This document shows positions 1 to 10,325 of a DNA stretch of 64,000 nt, piece by piece. Position numbers and translations under genes: made by a program. How positions within the stretch are numbered: position 1 is the first letter of the stretch; every line of letters begins with the position of its first letter. The notes beneath the pieces are model-generated. The model was not told the origin of the DNA, ran no database searches, and was given only the letters and a program-made list of their open reading frames with translations. The stretch comes from an uncultured Caulobacterales bacterium (lineage in GTDB: Bacteria; Pseudomonadota; Alphaproteobacteria; Caulobacterales; Parvularculaceae), in NCBI GenBank assembly GCA_964421675.1, contig CAYQXV010000001.1:7886-71885 (forward strand), read 5' to 3'.

Positions 1-711
1 GCTCTTTGGGATTTAGAGTCTGCACAAACAGGTAAAAGCGTTTGCGAACTTGCTGACTTACTATCACCCGCACCCAAAGTAACCGCGATCACGGTGTCGG
101 TTGGCACCCCTAATGAGGTTTTATCCGCCGCGCGCGCGGTTGCAACGGCACCTTTGATCAAGCTTAAACTTGGCGGAGACGGGGCTGACAATCAACGCTT
201 TGACGCAGCCCTTCGCGGGGCGCCAAATTCGAAATTCATTCTTGATGGCAATGAAGCCCTGACGATAGAGCAGCTGGATAGTTTATTAGCGCAAAGCCCT
301 ATCGAAAAAATCGCTCTTATTGAGCAGCCCTTAGCCGCCGATCATGATAAGCCACTGGATAATCATGCCTATCACAATATTCTTTGTGCCGATGAAAGCT
401 TTCATACAATAGAGACAATAGACACGGTTGCTAAGCGCTATGGTGTGATCAATATCAAACTTGATAAGACCGGCGGCCTAACCGAGGCTATCGCCATACA
501 GCGGCACGCAAAACAGCGCGGCCTAAAAACAATGATCGGCTGCATGCTTGGCTCATCCCTTGCAATGGCACCAGCATTTTTGCTCGCAGCTGATGCTCAT
601 TGGATTGATCTTGATGGTCCACTTTTGCTGGCCGAAGATGATGAACCCGCATTTCAGTATGAAAATTACGCAATGCACCCATCGCCGTTATGGGGCGCTG
701 GCAAAAAATAA
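1..711 (+). CDS. Enolase-superfamily dipeptide epimerase (L-Ala-D/L-Glu epimerase-like), 5'-truncated by the window edge
   Basis: Frame 1 is open from base 1 (ALWDLESAQTGKSVCELADLL...) into the listed ORF. Motifs IKLKLG, DGNEAL, IEQPL, CADES, INIKLDKTGG and GCMLGS are typical of mandelate racemase/muconate-lactonizing family dipeptide epimerases. Confidence 0.7.
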   Translation, partial: ALWDLESAQTGKSVCELADLLSPAPKVTAITVSVGTPNEVLSAARAVATAPLIKLKLGGDGADNQRFDAALRGAPNSKFILDGNEALTIEQLDSLLAQSPIEKIALIEQPLAADHDKPLDNHAYHNILCADESFHTIETIDTVAKRYGVINIKLDKTGGLTEAIAIQRHAKQRGLKTMIGCMLGSSLAMAPAFLLAADAHWIDLDGPLLLAEDDEPAFQYENYAMHPSPLWGAGKK

Positions 712-717
712 TCGCTG

Positions 718-1977
718 TCACTGCAACGCTTGCAGCGTGTTGCCATCCCAAATTCGCTTAAGAAGCAAGGCAAGCATGGCACCAATACCGCCCATAACTG
801 CCATCATCATATAGGCCGGAAACGCACCGCCATGGTCAAAAATTATACCCGCGCCAAGCGCCGCCATACCCGTAAAGGCGCCCACACCGCTGGTTGAAAA
901 CAAAACCATGCCGGTATTTACAAGCCGCTTGGGAATGGCATGGTCAATAAATTCTATCGTGCCCAAATATGTTGCAGCGAATGTAAAAGCATGCAGAGTC
1001 TGGATAATAAACAATATTGGCAATGCTGGTTCCAGAGCGGTTAACAACCAACGCACCAGCGAGGCAAGGCCGCCAAGCATGAGCAAATTTTGCGGCGCCA
1101 ATCGCCCGACAATTCCGCGTGCTTTTGTCAGTAAAAAAATCTCTGTAATTACACCGATAGCCCATAAATATCCGATAATTGTTGTCGAATATCCCAGCCC
1201 GGTCCAATGCAAAATCGAGTAGGTATAGTAAACCGCATGGGCAGCCTGGATCAGCCCTGCTGCGATAATCGCAACGATAAAGACAGGGTGTTTTAGCAAG
1301 CGAATTATATCGCCCCACTGTGCATGCGCATCGAGCCCTGTATGGGGCGCAGGTTTTTCGGGCTGTGATGGTTCAGAAATGCGCGGCAGGGTAAACGCCA
1401 TCACCAATGCAAGCACGCAACTCAACGCTAACGCAGGGCCAAGGGCCGTCAGCCCTGATTTTTCCAGCGCATAGCCCCCCAATATTGTCGTAACCAAAAA
1501 GGCAAGCGAGCCAATAGCGCGAACCGGACCATAAGCCAGTAAACCTTCGCGGTCAGCACGCAAAACCATGCTGTCGGACAAGGGCACCAACAAACCAAAA
1601 CACCAAATTATCATCGCTGCGCTGATAGCAATGATTATCGGCGCGGAACTGACAACCATCAATATCCCGCTCACACTAAATAGGAGCGAGACAAGAATAA
1701 GCGGCAATCGTTTATCCGCACTCTTATCGGCAACGATGGCAACGATAGGGCCCACCAGCAATCGGCAGATCAATGCCACGCCATTGATCCAGCCAATTTC
1801 AGATGCAGAAAAACCCCGCAACGCCAACCAGCCCGAAAAGAACGGTAAAAGCATTCCAAGAAACAGAAAGTGCGACGTATAAAGACCCGAAAAAATCAGG
1901 GCAGGCTTTAAAGAGCCGCCGCCCGGCACAACAATGTCGCGAAGAATGACAGCTGGGTTTCTAGCCCGCAAAACCAA
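718..1977 (-). CDS. MFS transporter (MFS_1_like / HcaT-type)
   Basis: 419 aa, about 12 hydrophobic segments, Gly/Leu/Ile-rich. It starts 8 nt after the ppc stop, so it is probably co-transcribed. The exact start is uncertain. Confidence 0.7.
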   Translation of the reverse strand: MVLRARNPAVILRDIVVPGGGSLKPALIFSGLYTSHFLFLGMLLPFFSGWLALRGFSASEIGWINGVALICRLLVGPIVAIVADKSADKRLPLILVSLLFSVSGILMVVSSAPIIIAISAAMIIWCFGLLVPLSDSMVLRADREGLLAYGPVRAIGSLAFLVTTILGGYALEKSGLTALGPALALSCVLALVMAFTLPRISEPSQPEKPAPHTGLDAHAQWGDIIRLLKHPVFIVAIIAAGLIQAAHAVYYTYSILHWTGLGYSTTIIGYLWAIGVITEIFLLTKARGIVGRLAPQNLLMLGGLASLVRWLLTALEPALPILFIIQTLHAFTFAATYLGTIEFIDHAIPKRLVNTGMVLFSTSGVGAFTGMAALGAGIIFDHGGAFPAYMMMAVMGGIGAMLALLLKRIWDGNTLQALQ

Positions 1978-1985
1978 ATCCCCCG

Positions 1986-4829
1986 CTAGCCATAAGCGCC
2001 ATAGAAATGAGAAATGGCAACACCGGTTTCCAATATGATTGTATGGATGTGCTGCAGCGGATCGATGATTTCGTGATGGACTTCCGGGTACCCAGTTTGC
2101 CCCGACAAGTCGACGCTTGTCGGTTCCTTAACGCCGCTCATCGCCGCGATCTCTGGACGCTGCACGGGAAAAATATCCTTCAAAAGACTGATCAGCTCAT
2201 CGAAGTCGAGATGTAAAACCAAGTCAATCAAGTCAGCTTGCGTCACCTCATGGCGGCCGGAAAAAGCGGGCAGTCGCGCAACGAGAACCAGTGCATGCAT
2301 GATAACTGATTGGCGTAATGCATGTAGTGTATGCAATCCCAAACGCTCTTCATGACGCACTGGCTTGGGGCTTTCGCCGTGAATAATCTCTAAGCATTCA
2401 TCGAACGCGGCCAAATCAACGGCGAGACTATTTCCCAATCGCCCAAGCGCTGTAAACACGGTTTGGTCCCGCAATTGTTGCGCAATCTGCAAATAGCATC
2501 CCGCGCATGCTGGGTTAGGGGATGCCGTCGCGCGGCGCGTCCAATAGCTCGCATTATAAATATTGGCATAGCCGAGAAATGACGGGAGGCTCGTTAAATT
2601 ACGAGCGCGCTCAGCAAGGCCAATCAATTGCTTCATCCGCCCAGAGCCGCGCACATAATCAGCAAACCGATCTTTCTCACGAGAAATCGCCGTTCCGGTT
2701 CCACAGGCAACATTGGCGGGGATCGCCATTTGTTGCAAAATTGCATTATGAGGAATAGCTCTTAAAGCGCGCGGGCTAAAATCAATAGCACCTTTTCGCT
2801 GCCTTCGGGTTTTGCGAGACCCGGTTGTAAATAGAAATTTTTGCCCAAACGATGAAAATGCACTTGTATAATCAGGGTTATCAAACAAGGCTTCCTGCCA
2901 CGCCTTAACGCCGCGATAGTAATCCCAGGAAAAATTTATGTCCTTATAAAACATGTCTTCTTTATCAAGGGAGGCAGGGCTATAGGCGACCGTAAAAATC
3001 TCCTGGGCAGTACGGTCTGCAATTTGCGGCGTGAGAAAATGTAAAAACCCTTCTCCGCCCTGGAACGCACTTTCCATATTCAGGGTCTGGCCAGCATCCG
3101 CAAAAACGCCCCGTGTCCAGGGGGTAATCAGATGGTTCATCCGCTGCTCTATGGATCCAGGATAACCGCCGCGCCCCATACTGTCGCCATTGGTGTTAAA
3201 GATAAGCGCTTCAATATCGTTTAATCCGCTAGCCGTCATGGCGCGTGATAACAGGATATGCAATCGCTCGATTGCGATATTAGCGGCCACTTGGCCCATA
3301 AATCTTCCGCTATCGGAATATCCAAGTTGAATTGATAAGCGCCCACGCCTGCGAACATAGTCGCAATATTCATCTTCCTGTACGAGACGGTCCAGAAAAC
3401 GCCCTCCCCGTTCAAGCGCCTCAGGCGTTTCAAATAAGGGAGAAATATCCAGCATATGATCAACGCCGTAAGCGCGAGCAAGATAGACCGCGCCCATAAT
3501 CGTTGCGGGTGCTTCACATTCTGCAATCAAAAACCGTAACGGCGTGTCGCCATCAATATGCTTCAATATTTGCGCGCACAACATTAATTGACGCCGGGCC
3601 GTCATCTGCTCCAAAAATACAGAGGCGAAATTGACTTTCAGTTGGTTTGCTTGAGAGGCCTCGCGCGCAGCAATATCCAGAGCGCCCCGGCCCATGAAGT
3701 CTGCATCTGAATTTACCCCAAGATCATGGCGCAATGCCGATCGCACCTGCGCAGCGTTCACGCGCAAATGGATACGAGAAAGGCCGAGACCGCACGTCTT
3801 CATCCGTGCCCGCAAAAGACATAGATCAATCCGAACGTCGCGGCTGATATCCCCCTCAATCATAGCAGTTAATTCATCCGAAATCGCGCCGAGGCTAACC
3901 AGTCGATCAGGGTGATCTTCAGACAGTGCATTTGATGCCTTCACCACAATATCGGGATCATCAAGATCACCCGAAAATAGCGCCGCTTGCTGTCTGGTTA
4001 AACTTGCTGTTCGTTTTAATCGTCCAGCAATATCAAGACAGGCACTTGAGGCTCCCTCTAATTTTGCAATACGCTCTAGGTCGGAAACATATTTTTCTAA
4101 TTGCTCCGCCTTTTCATTCAACCGAATGGTGAGCGTCTGTGCCCAATGAATATCTGTGCGCCCATCAAGATCATAACCTACCCAGGTTGCGACACTTAAT
4201 GGCTGGGGAACCATCTTAAACCAGTGTTCAGGAAATGCCTGCTCAGCGCTTTCAAAAATGGAGCGATTAATCGCATCAACCGCGCTAACAGCGTTTTCGA
4301 TCGCGTTTTTCACTTCATCATGCTCGGAATCGAGCGTTATCGGCTCATCTGGCCTATGACGATTGTCGGTCAGTTGATCACGCGCTTTTTGCCGTGACGC
4401 CTCACCACTCTCAATGTAAGATATAAAGTCTTCGCGCAATTTTTTAGAAATCGCGAATGTTGGGTGGCCGGTAAAAACGATTCCGGCACGCGTTTGCTCC
4501 AATGTCTTTTGGATCGATGAAAATTTTTCAGTTTCGCGATCTTTAAAAAATTGAGTGACGCAATTTTCGTCGCCCGGATGGCGTTCGGCAAACAAATCGG
4601 CGCGCCGCAATAATGCCTCATCCCCAAGGTTACTCATCATTGCACGGATCTCTTCGAGGGATATCGCATCCCCCTCAAGGTCCATGGCCAAATCATGGGC
4701 AAGACGTTGAACCGAATTTGTCATCGGATTCACAACAATCTCTCCGGCATATCCGGTTAATTTATCGCGGCACCAGGCGAGCCTTTCATTAATATCATTA
4801 TCGTTAGATTGAATTTTGGTGTCAGTCAT
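1986..4829 (-). CDS. ppc: Phosphoenolpyruvate carboxylase (divergent)
   Basis: 947 aa. VFTGHPTF resembles the canonical TAHPTE His motif. LGYSDSGRFMG resembles GYSDSAKDAG. NTNGDSMGRGGYPG resembles FHGRGGSIGRGG. Size fits PEPC, but several hallmark motifs deviate. Confidence 0.65.
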   Translation of the reverse strand: MTDTKIQSNDNDINERLAWCRDKLTGYAGEIVVNPMTNSVQRLAHDLAMDLEGDAISLEEIRAMMSNLGDEALLRRADLFAERHPGDENCVTQFFKDRETEKFSSIQKTLEQTRAGIVFTGHPTFAISKKLREDFISYIESGEASRQKARDQLTDNRHRPDEPITLDSEHDEVKNAIENAVSAVDAINRSIFESAEQAFPEHWFKMVPQPLSVATWVGYDLDGRTDIHWAQTLTIRLNEKAEQLEKYVSDLERIAKLEGASSACLDIAGRLKRTASLTRQQAALFSGDLDDPDIVVKASNALSEDHPDRLVSLGAISDELTAMIEGDISRDVRIDLCLLRARMKTCGLGLSRIHLRVNAAQVRSALRHDLGVNSDADFMGRGALDIAAREASQANQLKVNFASVFLEQMTARRQLMLCAQILKHIDGDTPLRFLIAECEAPATIMGAVYLARAYGVDHMLDISPLFETPEALERGGRFLDRLVQEDEYCDYVRRRGRLSIQLGYSDSGRFMGQVAANIAIERLHILLSRAMTASGLNDIEALIFNTNGDSMGRGGYPGSIEQRMNHLITPWTRGVFADAGQTLNMESAFQGGEGFLHFLTPQIADRTAQEIFTVAYSPASLDKEDMFYKDINFSWDYYRGVKAWQEALFDNPDYTSAFSSFGQKFLFTTGSRKTRRQRKGAIDFSPRALRAIPHNAILQQMAIPANVACGTGTAISREKDRFADYVRGSGRMKQLIGLAERARNLTSLPSFLGYANIYNASYWTRRATASPNPACAGCYLQIAQQLRDQTVFTALGRLGNSLAVDLAAFDECLEIIHGESPKPVRHEERLGLHTLHALRQSVIMHALVLVARLPAFSGRHEVTQADLIDLVLHLDFDELISLLKDIFPVQRPEIAAMSGVKEPTSVDLSGQTGYPEVHHEIIDPLQHIHTIILETGVAISHFYGAYG

Positions 4830-4910
4830 GAGGCGTCCGATTTACAGAAGTTACAGTGGGAGGTGAATCAATATAGGCATGTCTTGCCAGAGAATGAGCG
4901 CGAGCGCATG

Positions 4911-4941
4911 AAAAAACCGCCGGTGCAATGCACTCGGCGGC
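4911..4941 (-). terminator. Rho-independent terminator downstream of the csp gene
   Basis: On the minus strand, CCGCCG...CGGCGG forms a GC-rich hairpin followed by a T6 run (plus strand: aaaaaaccgccggtgcaatgcactcggcgg). It sits between the csp stop and the ppc start. Confidence 0.7.
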
Positions 4942-5008
4942 TTAATTAGTCGAAGTCACTAAGCTTGGCCAATTCCGCCGCTAAAGGGCGGACGGCGCAG
5001 CCTGGGAC

Positions 5009-5212
5009 TTAATCAACTTTCAGTTCGGAAGCCGCAGTTTTACCGCGATCCGTAGACAGTTCATATGTGATCCGTTGACCGTCATTTAGTCCACGAAGGC
5101 CAGCCGCTTGAACAGCTGTGATATGTACGAAAACATCTTTTCCGCCTTCGTCAGGCTCGATGAACCCATAACCTTTAGTGGCGTTAAACCATTTCACTGT
5201 ACCTGTTGCCAT
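5009..5212 (-). CDS. cspA: Cold-shock protein, CspA family
   Basis: 67 aa, GTVKWFNATKGYGFI (RNP1) and DVFVHI (RNP2) motifs. A long upstream leader precedes it. Confidence 0.95.
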   Translation of the reverse strand: MATGTVKWFNATKGYGFIEPDEGGKDVFVHITAVQAAGLRGLNDGQRITYELSTDRGKTAASELKVD

Positions 5213-5701
5213 GATGTAGTCTCCTTAAAGCGCAACCAAATACCCGCACATTGCGGGCTGGAAAACCGGTTGTCCGGCGATCCATTCAATTTGTTTGCTC
5301 ACATCTGGAAAAGCGACAAGAGAATACAGCCTGAAGACTTTAGACAGAAAACCCTGCCCTCAGTGCTACCAATGCTGGTCCTTCCGCATCCCGAACGTGA
5401 CCAAACGGTTTGGCGGCCTGTCTTGGAATCTCATCATGTCTGGCCGTAGGCAAAAGAATTAGAGGTGGCCAAAACAAAGTCGCTACCCCCATAGACGGAA
5501 ATGAGGCTCGCCCGTCAAGGGAAATCATGGGAAAAACTGCAGGATTGAAACAATCGGCTAAAGGCGTCTCCATTAAGCCGCACTTATAACGCGAGTAGCT
5601 GTGTTTTCTGTCAGTAATGTGAAGATATAACAGTAGCTTGCAGACAAGCTAACAACGGCAAGATCGCGTACGGACCATAGGAAATTGGACCGCATTCGCC
5701 T

Positions 5702-6697
5702 TCATTGCCGGTCCAATCGTCCGCCATTTTCATTGCTGATAATGTTCTTTTGTAACAATGGTTCGATCGGCGTCTGGTTGAAGACCAAACGCCCCTTTGG
5801 GTGACGGTTCACAAAATGGTTCCCCGTAACAGTCAATGACCCAGGTTCACCGCCTCGCTCAGTACTATAATGGACGATTGAATAGTTTGAGACACTATCG
5901 CGTTGAACAATAAAGTTATTACGGATAATCGCCGCGCCCCCTTTATTGAGATCAATTGAATAGCTGGTGCGTTTATCCACATCATCAAAATATGAACCTG
6001 AGATAGTATTTGTTGGCGCGAGACTTTTGACGTGGTGACCAACGTTGGTCCCGATAAAACGCGATTGTGTGATTGTTAGCTGCGCACCCGCGCTCACATA
6101 AATGCCATGGGAATAGCCATCGCCATATCCACTATTGAGAAAAGTGGAATTGTGTAACTCAATCTTTCCTTTTTGAGAGCCAGTGGAAAGAATGCCATTT
6201 TCATTATTTTCAAAAATGCAGTCAATAACCGTCAGATCACGTCCTTCATGGCGAATACCTGCACCATTATTGTCGCCTGAATTTGCGGCCTTTGCGCCAC
6301 GAAACGTTATATTTTCAACTTGCAAAGAAACGCCAATGCCTGGCACGAAAAGTCCCTTTTGCACTTTGTTGGCCGATTGAATAATAACATCCCCGTCGCC
6401 AACCAGCGTAATCGATTTATTGATGCGCAGATCACTAACCGCATAATAACCCTCGGCTATGAGTACGACCGCGCCGCGTTTTGCTTTTGAAATTTGCCGC
6501 CGTAATGCGCGCCCATTTTTGACCTGTTCACTAATCGAAGGTTCAATGGCAATGCCGGGCTTGCCCTCGCGTAATGCAGAAATCTCTGTTGCATGGGCAA
6601 TCTGCGGTAAAGGCCCGATCAATACGCAGCATGAGAGTAAAAAGGGGACACAAAGCCTCACCGCCCGATCAAGCCAGCCAGCTTGATGATGTCTCAT
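5702..6697 (-). CDS. Secreted right-handed parallel beta-helix repeat protein (possible polysaccharide-active enzyme)
   Basis: Repeated short beta-helix rungs (ITFRG, IDCIFENNENGIL, LHNSTFLNSG, ITQSRFIG, IRNNFIV, VTGNHFVN). Signal peptide LSCCVLIGPLPQIAHA follows MRHHQ. The ATG at 6697 is preferred over the TTG at 6760. It lies directly downstream of tadC. Confidence 0.6.
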   Translation of the reverse strand: MRHHQAGWLDRAVRLCVPFLLSCCVLIGPLPQIAHATEISALREGKPGIAIEPSISEQVKNGRALRRQISKAKRGAVVLIAEGYYAVSDLRINKSITLVGDGDVIIQSANKVQKGLFVPGIGVSLQVENITFRGAKAANSGDNNGAGIRHEGRDLTVIDCIFENNENGILSTGSQKGKIELHNSTFLNSGYGDGYSHGIYVSAGAQLTITQSRFIGTNVGHHVKSLAPTNTISGSYFDDVDKRTSYSIDLNKGGAAIIRNNFIVQRDSVSNYSIVHYSTERGGEPGSLTVTGNHFVNRHPKGRLVFNQTPIEPLLQKNIISNENGGRLDRQ

Positions 6698-6821
6698 TTT
6701 GAAACAAACCAAAGGTTCCGCCTCCGCTCTACTACCTAAATTCCAGCATAAACGCTGCAAAGAAGATAGAGAGCTGCAAGGAGCGGACCATCAATTGTCA
6801 GTGAGGGAAAGTCCTTCTTTC

Positions 6822-7802
6822 CTAATTCGCCAAATTAGCACTGATATCCATGATCGCTGGACCCAAGATCACCGCAAACAAGACCGGCAGGAAGAATAGG
6901 ATCATGGGGACTGTGAGCTTTGGCGGCAATGCAGCCGCCTTTTTCTCTGCTTCCTGCATGCGAATTTCGCGGTTTTCAGACGCCATAACCCGCAAAGATT
7001 GTCCCAGAGGTGTACCATATTTCTCAGACTGGATAAGTGCTGTCATCACAGCTTTTACCCCATCAAGGCCGGTACGTTCAGAAAGATTGGCATACGCTGT
7101 TTTGCGTTCCTGCAAATATGACAATTCCGCCGTGGTCAGACCAAGTTCTTCGGCAAGCTCGGGAGAGCTTGCGCCAACTTCAATACCCACTTTTTGCAGA
7201 GCTGCCTCAATCGACATCCCCGATTCCACACAGATCAACAAAAGATCAAGCGCGTCAGGCCAGGCCAATTGGATTTTCTGTTGACGCTTTGTAACAAGAT
7301 TTGTCACCCATAGGTTAGGCATGTAAAACCCAACGAAGAATGATCCGCAAACAACAATAAGCTTGACGAAATTACCAGCCTCAAGAACGCCAAGAACATA
7401 AATATAAATTCCAGTAAAAATAGCCATCACAAATGGCAAACCAAGGCGCGCTGCCATGAATGCAAACACAGGGCGTTGACCGCGAAGGCCAGCCATCATC
7501 AGTTTTTTTCGTGCCGTTTCCGCATCAAATACTTCTAACAGTCGCAGATTTTCAACAACAGATTTAACCGTACCCGATGCTTCTTTCGACCGAATTGAGT
7601 TGGATGATTTTTTCGACAGGGCTTCTCGTTGCTGCGCGCGCAACTGTTCGCGATAATCGCCAACCGACTTCATCCGCTCTTTTAGCTTGTCCTTGCTAAA
7701 CAACGGTTCCAGTAATGTATAAACAGCTGCAATAGACGCAGCAGATACAAGTAACGCTATCTGAACCTGCCGGTCAGTAGCAAAGATGATAAACTGTTCC
7801 AT
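6822..7802 (-). CDS. tadC: Tad pilus platform protein TadC (T2SS F family; CpaH)
   Basis: 326 aa. T2SSF domain pattern (LPDALDLLLICVESGMSIEAAL...; GTPLGQSLRVMASENR), TM helices, position after tadB. Confidence 0.85.
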   Translation of the reverse strand: MEQFIIFATDRQVQIALLVSAASIAAVYTLLEPLFSKDKLKERMKSVGDYREQLRAQQREALSKKSSNSIRSKEASGTVKSVVENLRLLEVFDAETARKKLMMAGLRGQRPVFAFMAARLGLPFVMAIFTGIYIYVLGVLEAGNFVKLIVVCGSFFVGFYMPNLWVTNLVTKRQQKIQLAWPDALDLLLICVESGMSIEAALQKVGIEVGASSPELAEELGLTTAELSYLQERKTAYANLSERTGLDGVKAVMTALIQSEKYGTPLGQSLRVMASENREIRMQEAEKKAAALPPKLTVPMILFFLPVLFAVILGPAIMDISANLAN

Positions 7803-7830
7803 GTAAGAACCCGATTTCTATCTGGATCGA

Positions 7831-8844
7831 TTAAACCTTGATCGCGATCATTTTTTTCATAACGGTGATGCCCATGAACATCCAAAAACCTGCCCCGAGC
7901 AAAATCATATTGCCATCACGCGTTGTGAATAGCGGCGCAAGATAATCTGGCGCCGTCAAATGCACCGCTCCTCCAACAAGAAACGGCAACACGCCAATAA
8001 TCATCGCTGATGCTTTTGCTTCAGCAGAGAGCGCCTTGACCTTGCCCTCCATCATTTTACGTGAGCGCAACACGGTCGACAGATTGCCTAACGCTTCGGC
8101 AAGATTACCACCCGTCTTAGCCTGGATCATCAAAACGATTGCAAAGAAATTTACTTCCTGAACCGGCATGCGTTCATACATACGCATCAACGCTTGATCT
8201 AAAGACAAGCCAACGCGAATACTCTCCGTCAGCATATGAAACTCTTCACTTACGGGCATTGGGGCTTCTCGAGAAATAATCTTCAAACACTCATTAACCG
8301 GCAAGCCAGATTTAACACCGCGTACAATTACATCAATTGAGTTTGAAAATTCATTGATGAATTTTTTCTGGCGGCGTTTGCGCGCCATATTGACAAACCA
8401 ACGTGGCAGACCAACACCGCCAACGAAAAACATTAATCCCGTAACCCAAAGCTTCTGCCCAGAAATTAATCCCACCACACCCAACACGACTGCAGCGATA
8501 ATCGATCCAATGTAAAATTGTTGAATCGTGATATTCATCCCCGATTGCTCTATCATTTGCTGAAGAGTAACCCGCTGCTTTTTCTTATTCTCATTTTTCT
8601 CGGAATCAATACGGTCCAAACTTTCAGCAAGCTTTTTGCGTCGTTCTTTAGTCTGCGCTTCTGCTTGCGCCGCTGTCTGTCCAGTCCCACGTGACGCACG
8701 TCGCGTGCTCGCCCCCATGCCGGCAACACGTTTTTTAGTTTTGGATTTTTCGGGATCGAAAAATACCAAAAAGATTACCGCAGCAACCGATGCCACAATC
8801 AATCCCGCAATAATGAGTGTTTTTTGATCCACGAGACCATACAT
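7831..8844 (-). CDS. tadB: Tad pilus platform protein TadB (T2SS F family; CpaG)
   Basis: 337 aa. T2SSF domain (FSNSIDVIVRGVKSGLPVNECL; TGGNLAEALGNLSTVLR). A basic low-complexity linker follows the first TM helix. Confidence 0.85.
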   Translation of the reverse strand: MYGLVDQKTLIIAGLIVASVAAVIFLVFFDPEKSKTKKRVAGMGASTRRASRGTGQTAAQAEAQTKERRKKLAESLDRIDSEKNENKKKQRVTLQQMIEQSGMNITIQQFYIGSIIAAVVLGVVGLISGQKLWVTGLMFFVGGVGLPRWFVNMARKRRQKKFINEFSNSIDVIVRGVKSGLPVNECLKIISREAPMPVSEEFHMLTESIRVGLSLDQALMRMYERMPVQEVNFFAIVLMIQAKTGGNLAEALGNLSTVLRSRKMMEGKVKALSAEAKASAMIIGVLPFLVGGAVHLTAPDYLAPLFTTRDGNMILLGAGFWMFMGITVMKKMIAIKV

Positions 8845-8853
8845 CCTTAAAGA

Positions 8854-10320
8854 TTAAGCAGCAGCCGCATCCAATGCTTCAGCTAACTCTGCTTCTTTTC
8901 CGTAATATTTCGCTCTGTCCCAAAACGCAGGACGTGCAATGCCTGTTGACTGATGAACGCCAACAATATTGCCGTGCTCATCTTCGCCGCTCATGTCATA
9001 AACGAACAGATCTTGTGTGATGATCGTATCACCCTCAGTACCAAGCACTTCGGTAATATGGGTAATACGCCGAGAACCATCGCGCAGACGTGCGGCCTGT
9101 ACAATAATATCAACAGAACCAACAATCATTTCACGGATTGTTTTTGACGGCAAACCATATCCACCCATTGTGATCATAGATTCAAGTCTTTGCAGTGCCT
9201 CGCGCGGCGAGTTGGCGTGCAATGTACCCATTGAACCGTCGTGGCCTGTGTTCATGGCCTGCAACAAGTCAAATGCTTCAGGGCCACGAACCTCACCAAC
9301 GATGATACGTTCTGGACGCATCCGCAGACAGTTTTTAACGAGATCACGCATCGAAATCTCACCTTGCCCCTCAAGGTTTGGTGGACGCGTTTCCAGTCGC
9401 ACAACATGGGGCTGCTGGAGTTGAAGTTCGGCGGCATCTTCGCATGTAATAACGCGCTCATCCAATTCGATGAAACCCGTCATACAATTGAGAAGAGTCG
9501 TTTTTCCAGAACCCGTACCGCCAGAGATCAATGTATTGATGCGGCATGCCCCGATAATTTCAAGAACACGTGCGCCTTCCTCTGAAATTGAATCAAACGA
9601 AACAAGATCTGAAATTCGTAATTTGTCTTTCTTAAACTTACGAATGGTGAGAGCAGCGCCATCAATCGACAATGGCGGGGCGATAACGTTTACACGAGAA
9701 CCGTCGAGAAGACGCGCATCACAAATCGGGCTTGCTTCATCAACACGCCGACCAACCTGGCTCACAATGCGTTGGCATATATTCATAAGCTGCGCATTAT
9801 CGCGGAAGCGAATATTGGTCAGCTCAATCTTACCGTTCACCTCGATGAAAACCCGGTTAGCACCATTGACCATAATATCAGCGATATCATCCCTGGCGAG
9901 CAAAGGCTCAAGCGGTCCATAACCAAGAACATCGTTACAGATGTCCTGTAGCAATGCTTCTTGTTCAGATATCGACATCTGAACACTCTTGATAGAGATG
10001 ATTTCGTTGACAATATCACGAATTTCTTCCGACGCAGCTTCCGCATCAAGTTGCGCAAGCTGAGACAGATCAATCGTATCAATCAAGGCATTGAAAATCA
10101 GCGTTTTGGTCTGGAAATAGCTATCAGACCGATTGCCAACTTCCACAACCGCAGTGCCTTCACCTTCTGTCTTCTTGGTAGGGGTCGCCACACGCGGCGG
10201 CGCCGCCGGCTCACTGCTCTCAGCCTCCTTAGCCGGCTTGGGCTTAGGTTCTGGCTTTGGAGGAGCCTTTTGCTGCGGAGGTGCTACGTTTTCTGCTTCT
10301 GCAGTTTTACGTCCAAACAT
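8854..10320 (-). CDS. cpaF: Tad pilus secretion ATPase CpaF/TadA
   Basis: Walker [12 protein letters not shown], Asp box/Walker [10 protein letters not shown], His box [13 protein letters not shown]-terminal Pro/Lys-rich tail. Confidence 0.95.
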   Translation of the reverse strand: MFGRKTAEAENVAPPQQKAPPKPEPKPKPAKEAESSEPAAPPRVATPTKKTEGEGTAVVEVGNRSDSYFQTKTLIFNALIDTIDLSQLAQLDAEAASEEIRDIVNEIISIKSVQMSISEQEALLQDICNDVLGYGPLEPLLARDDIADIMVNGANRVFIEVNGKIELTNIRFRDNAQLMNICQRIVSQVGRRVDEASPICDARLLDGSRVNVIAPPLSIDGAALTIRKFKKDKLRISDLVSFDSISEEGARVLEIIGACRINTLISGGTGSGKTTLLNCMTGFIELDERVITCEDAAELQLQQPHVVRLETRPPNLEGQGEISMRDLVKNCLRMRPERIIVGEVRGPEAFDLLQAMNTGHDGSMGTLHANSPREALQRLESMITMGGYGLPSKTIREMIVGSVDIIVQAARLRDGSRRITHITEVLGTEGDTIITQDLFVYDMSGEDEHGNIVGVHQSTGIARPAFWDRAKYYGKEAELAEALDAAAA

Positions 10321-10325
10321 TGACT

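Noticed and set aside
9470-9922. 150-aa plus-strand ORF, and similar ORFs at 9017-9424 and 9241-9585
   Set aside because: They are antisense to cpaF, whose Walker and His-box motifs make the minus-strand frame unambiguous.
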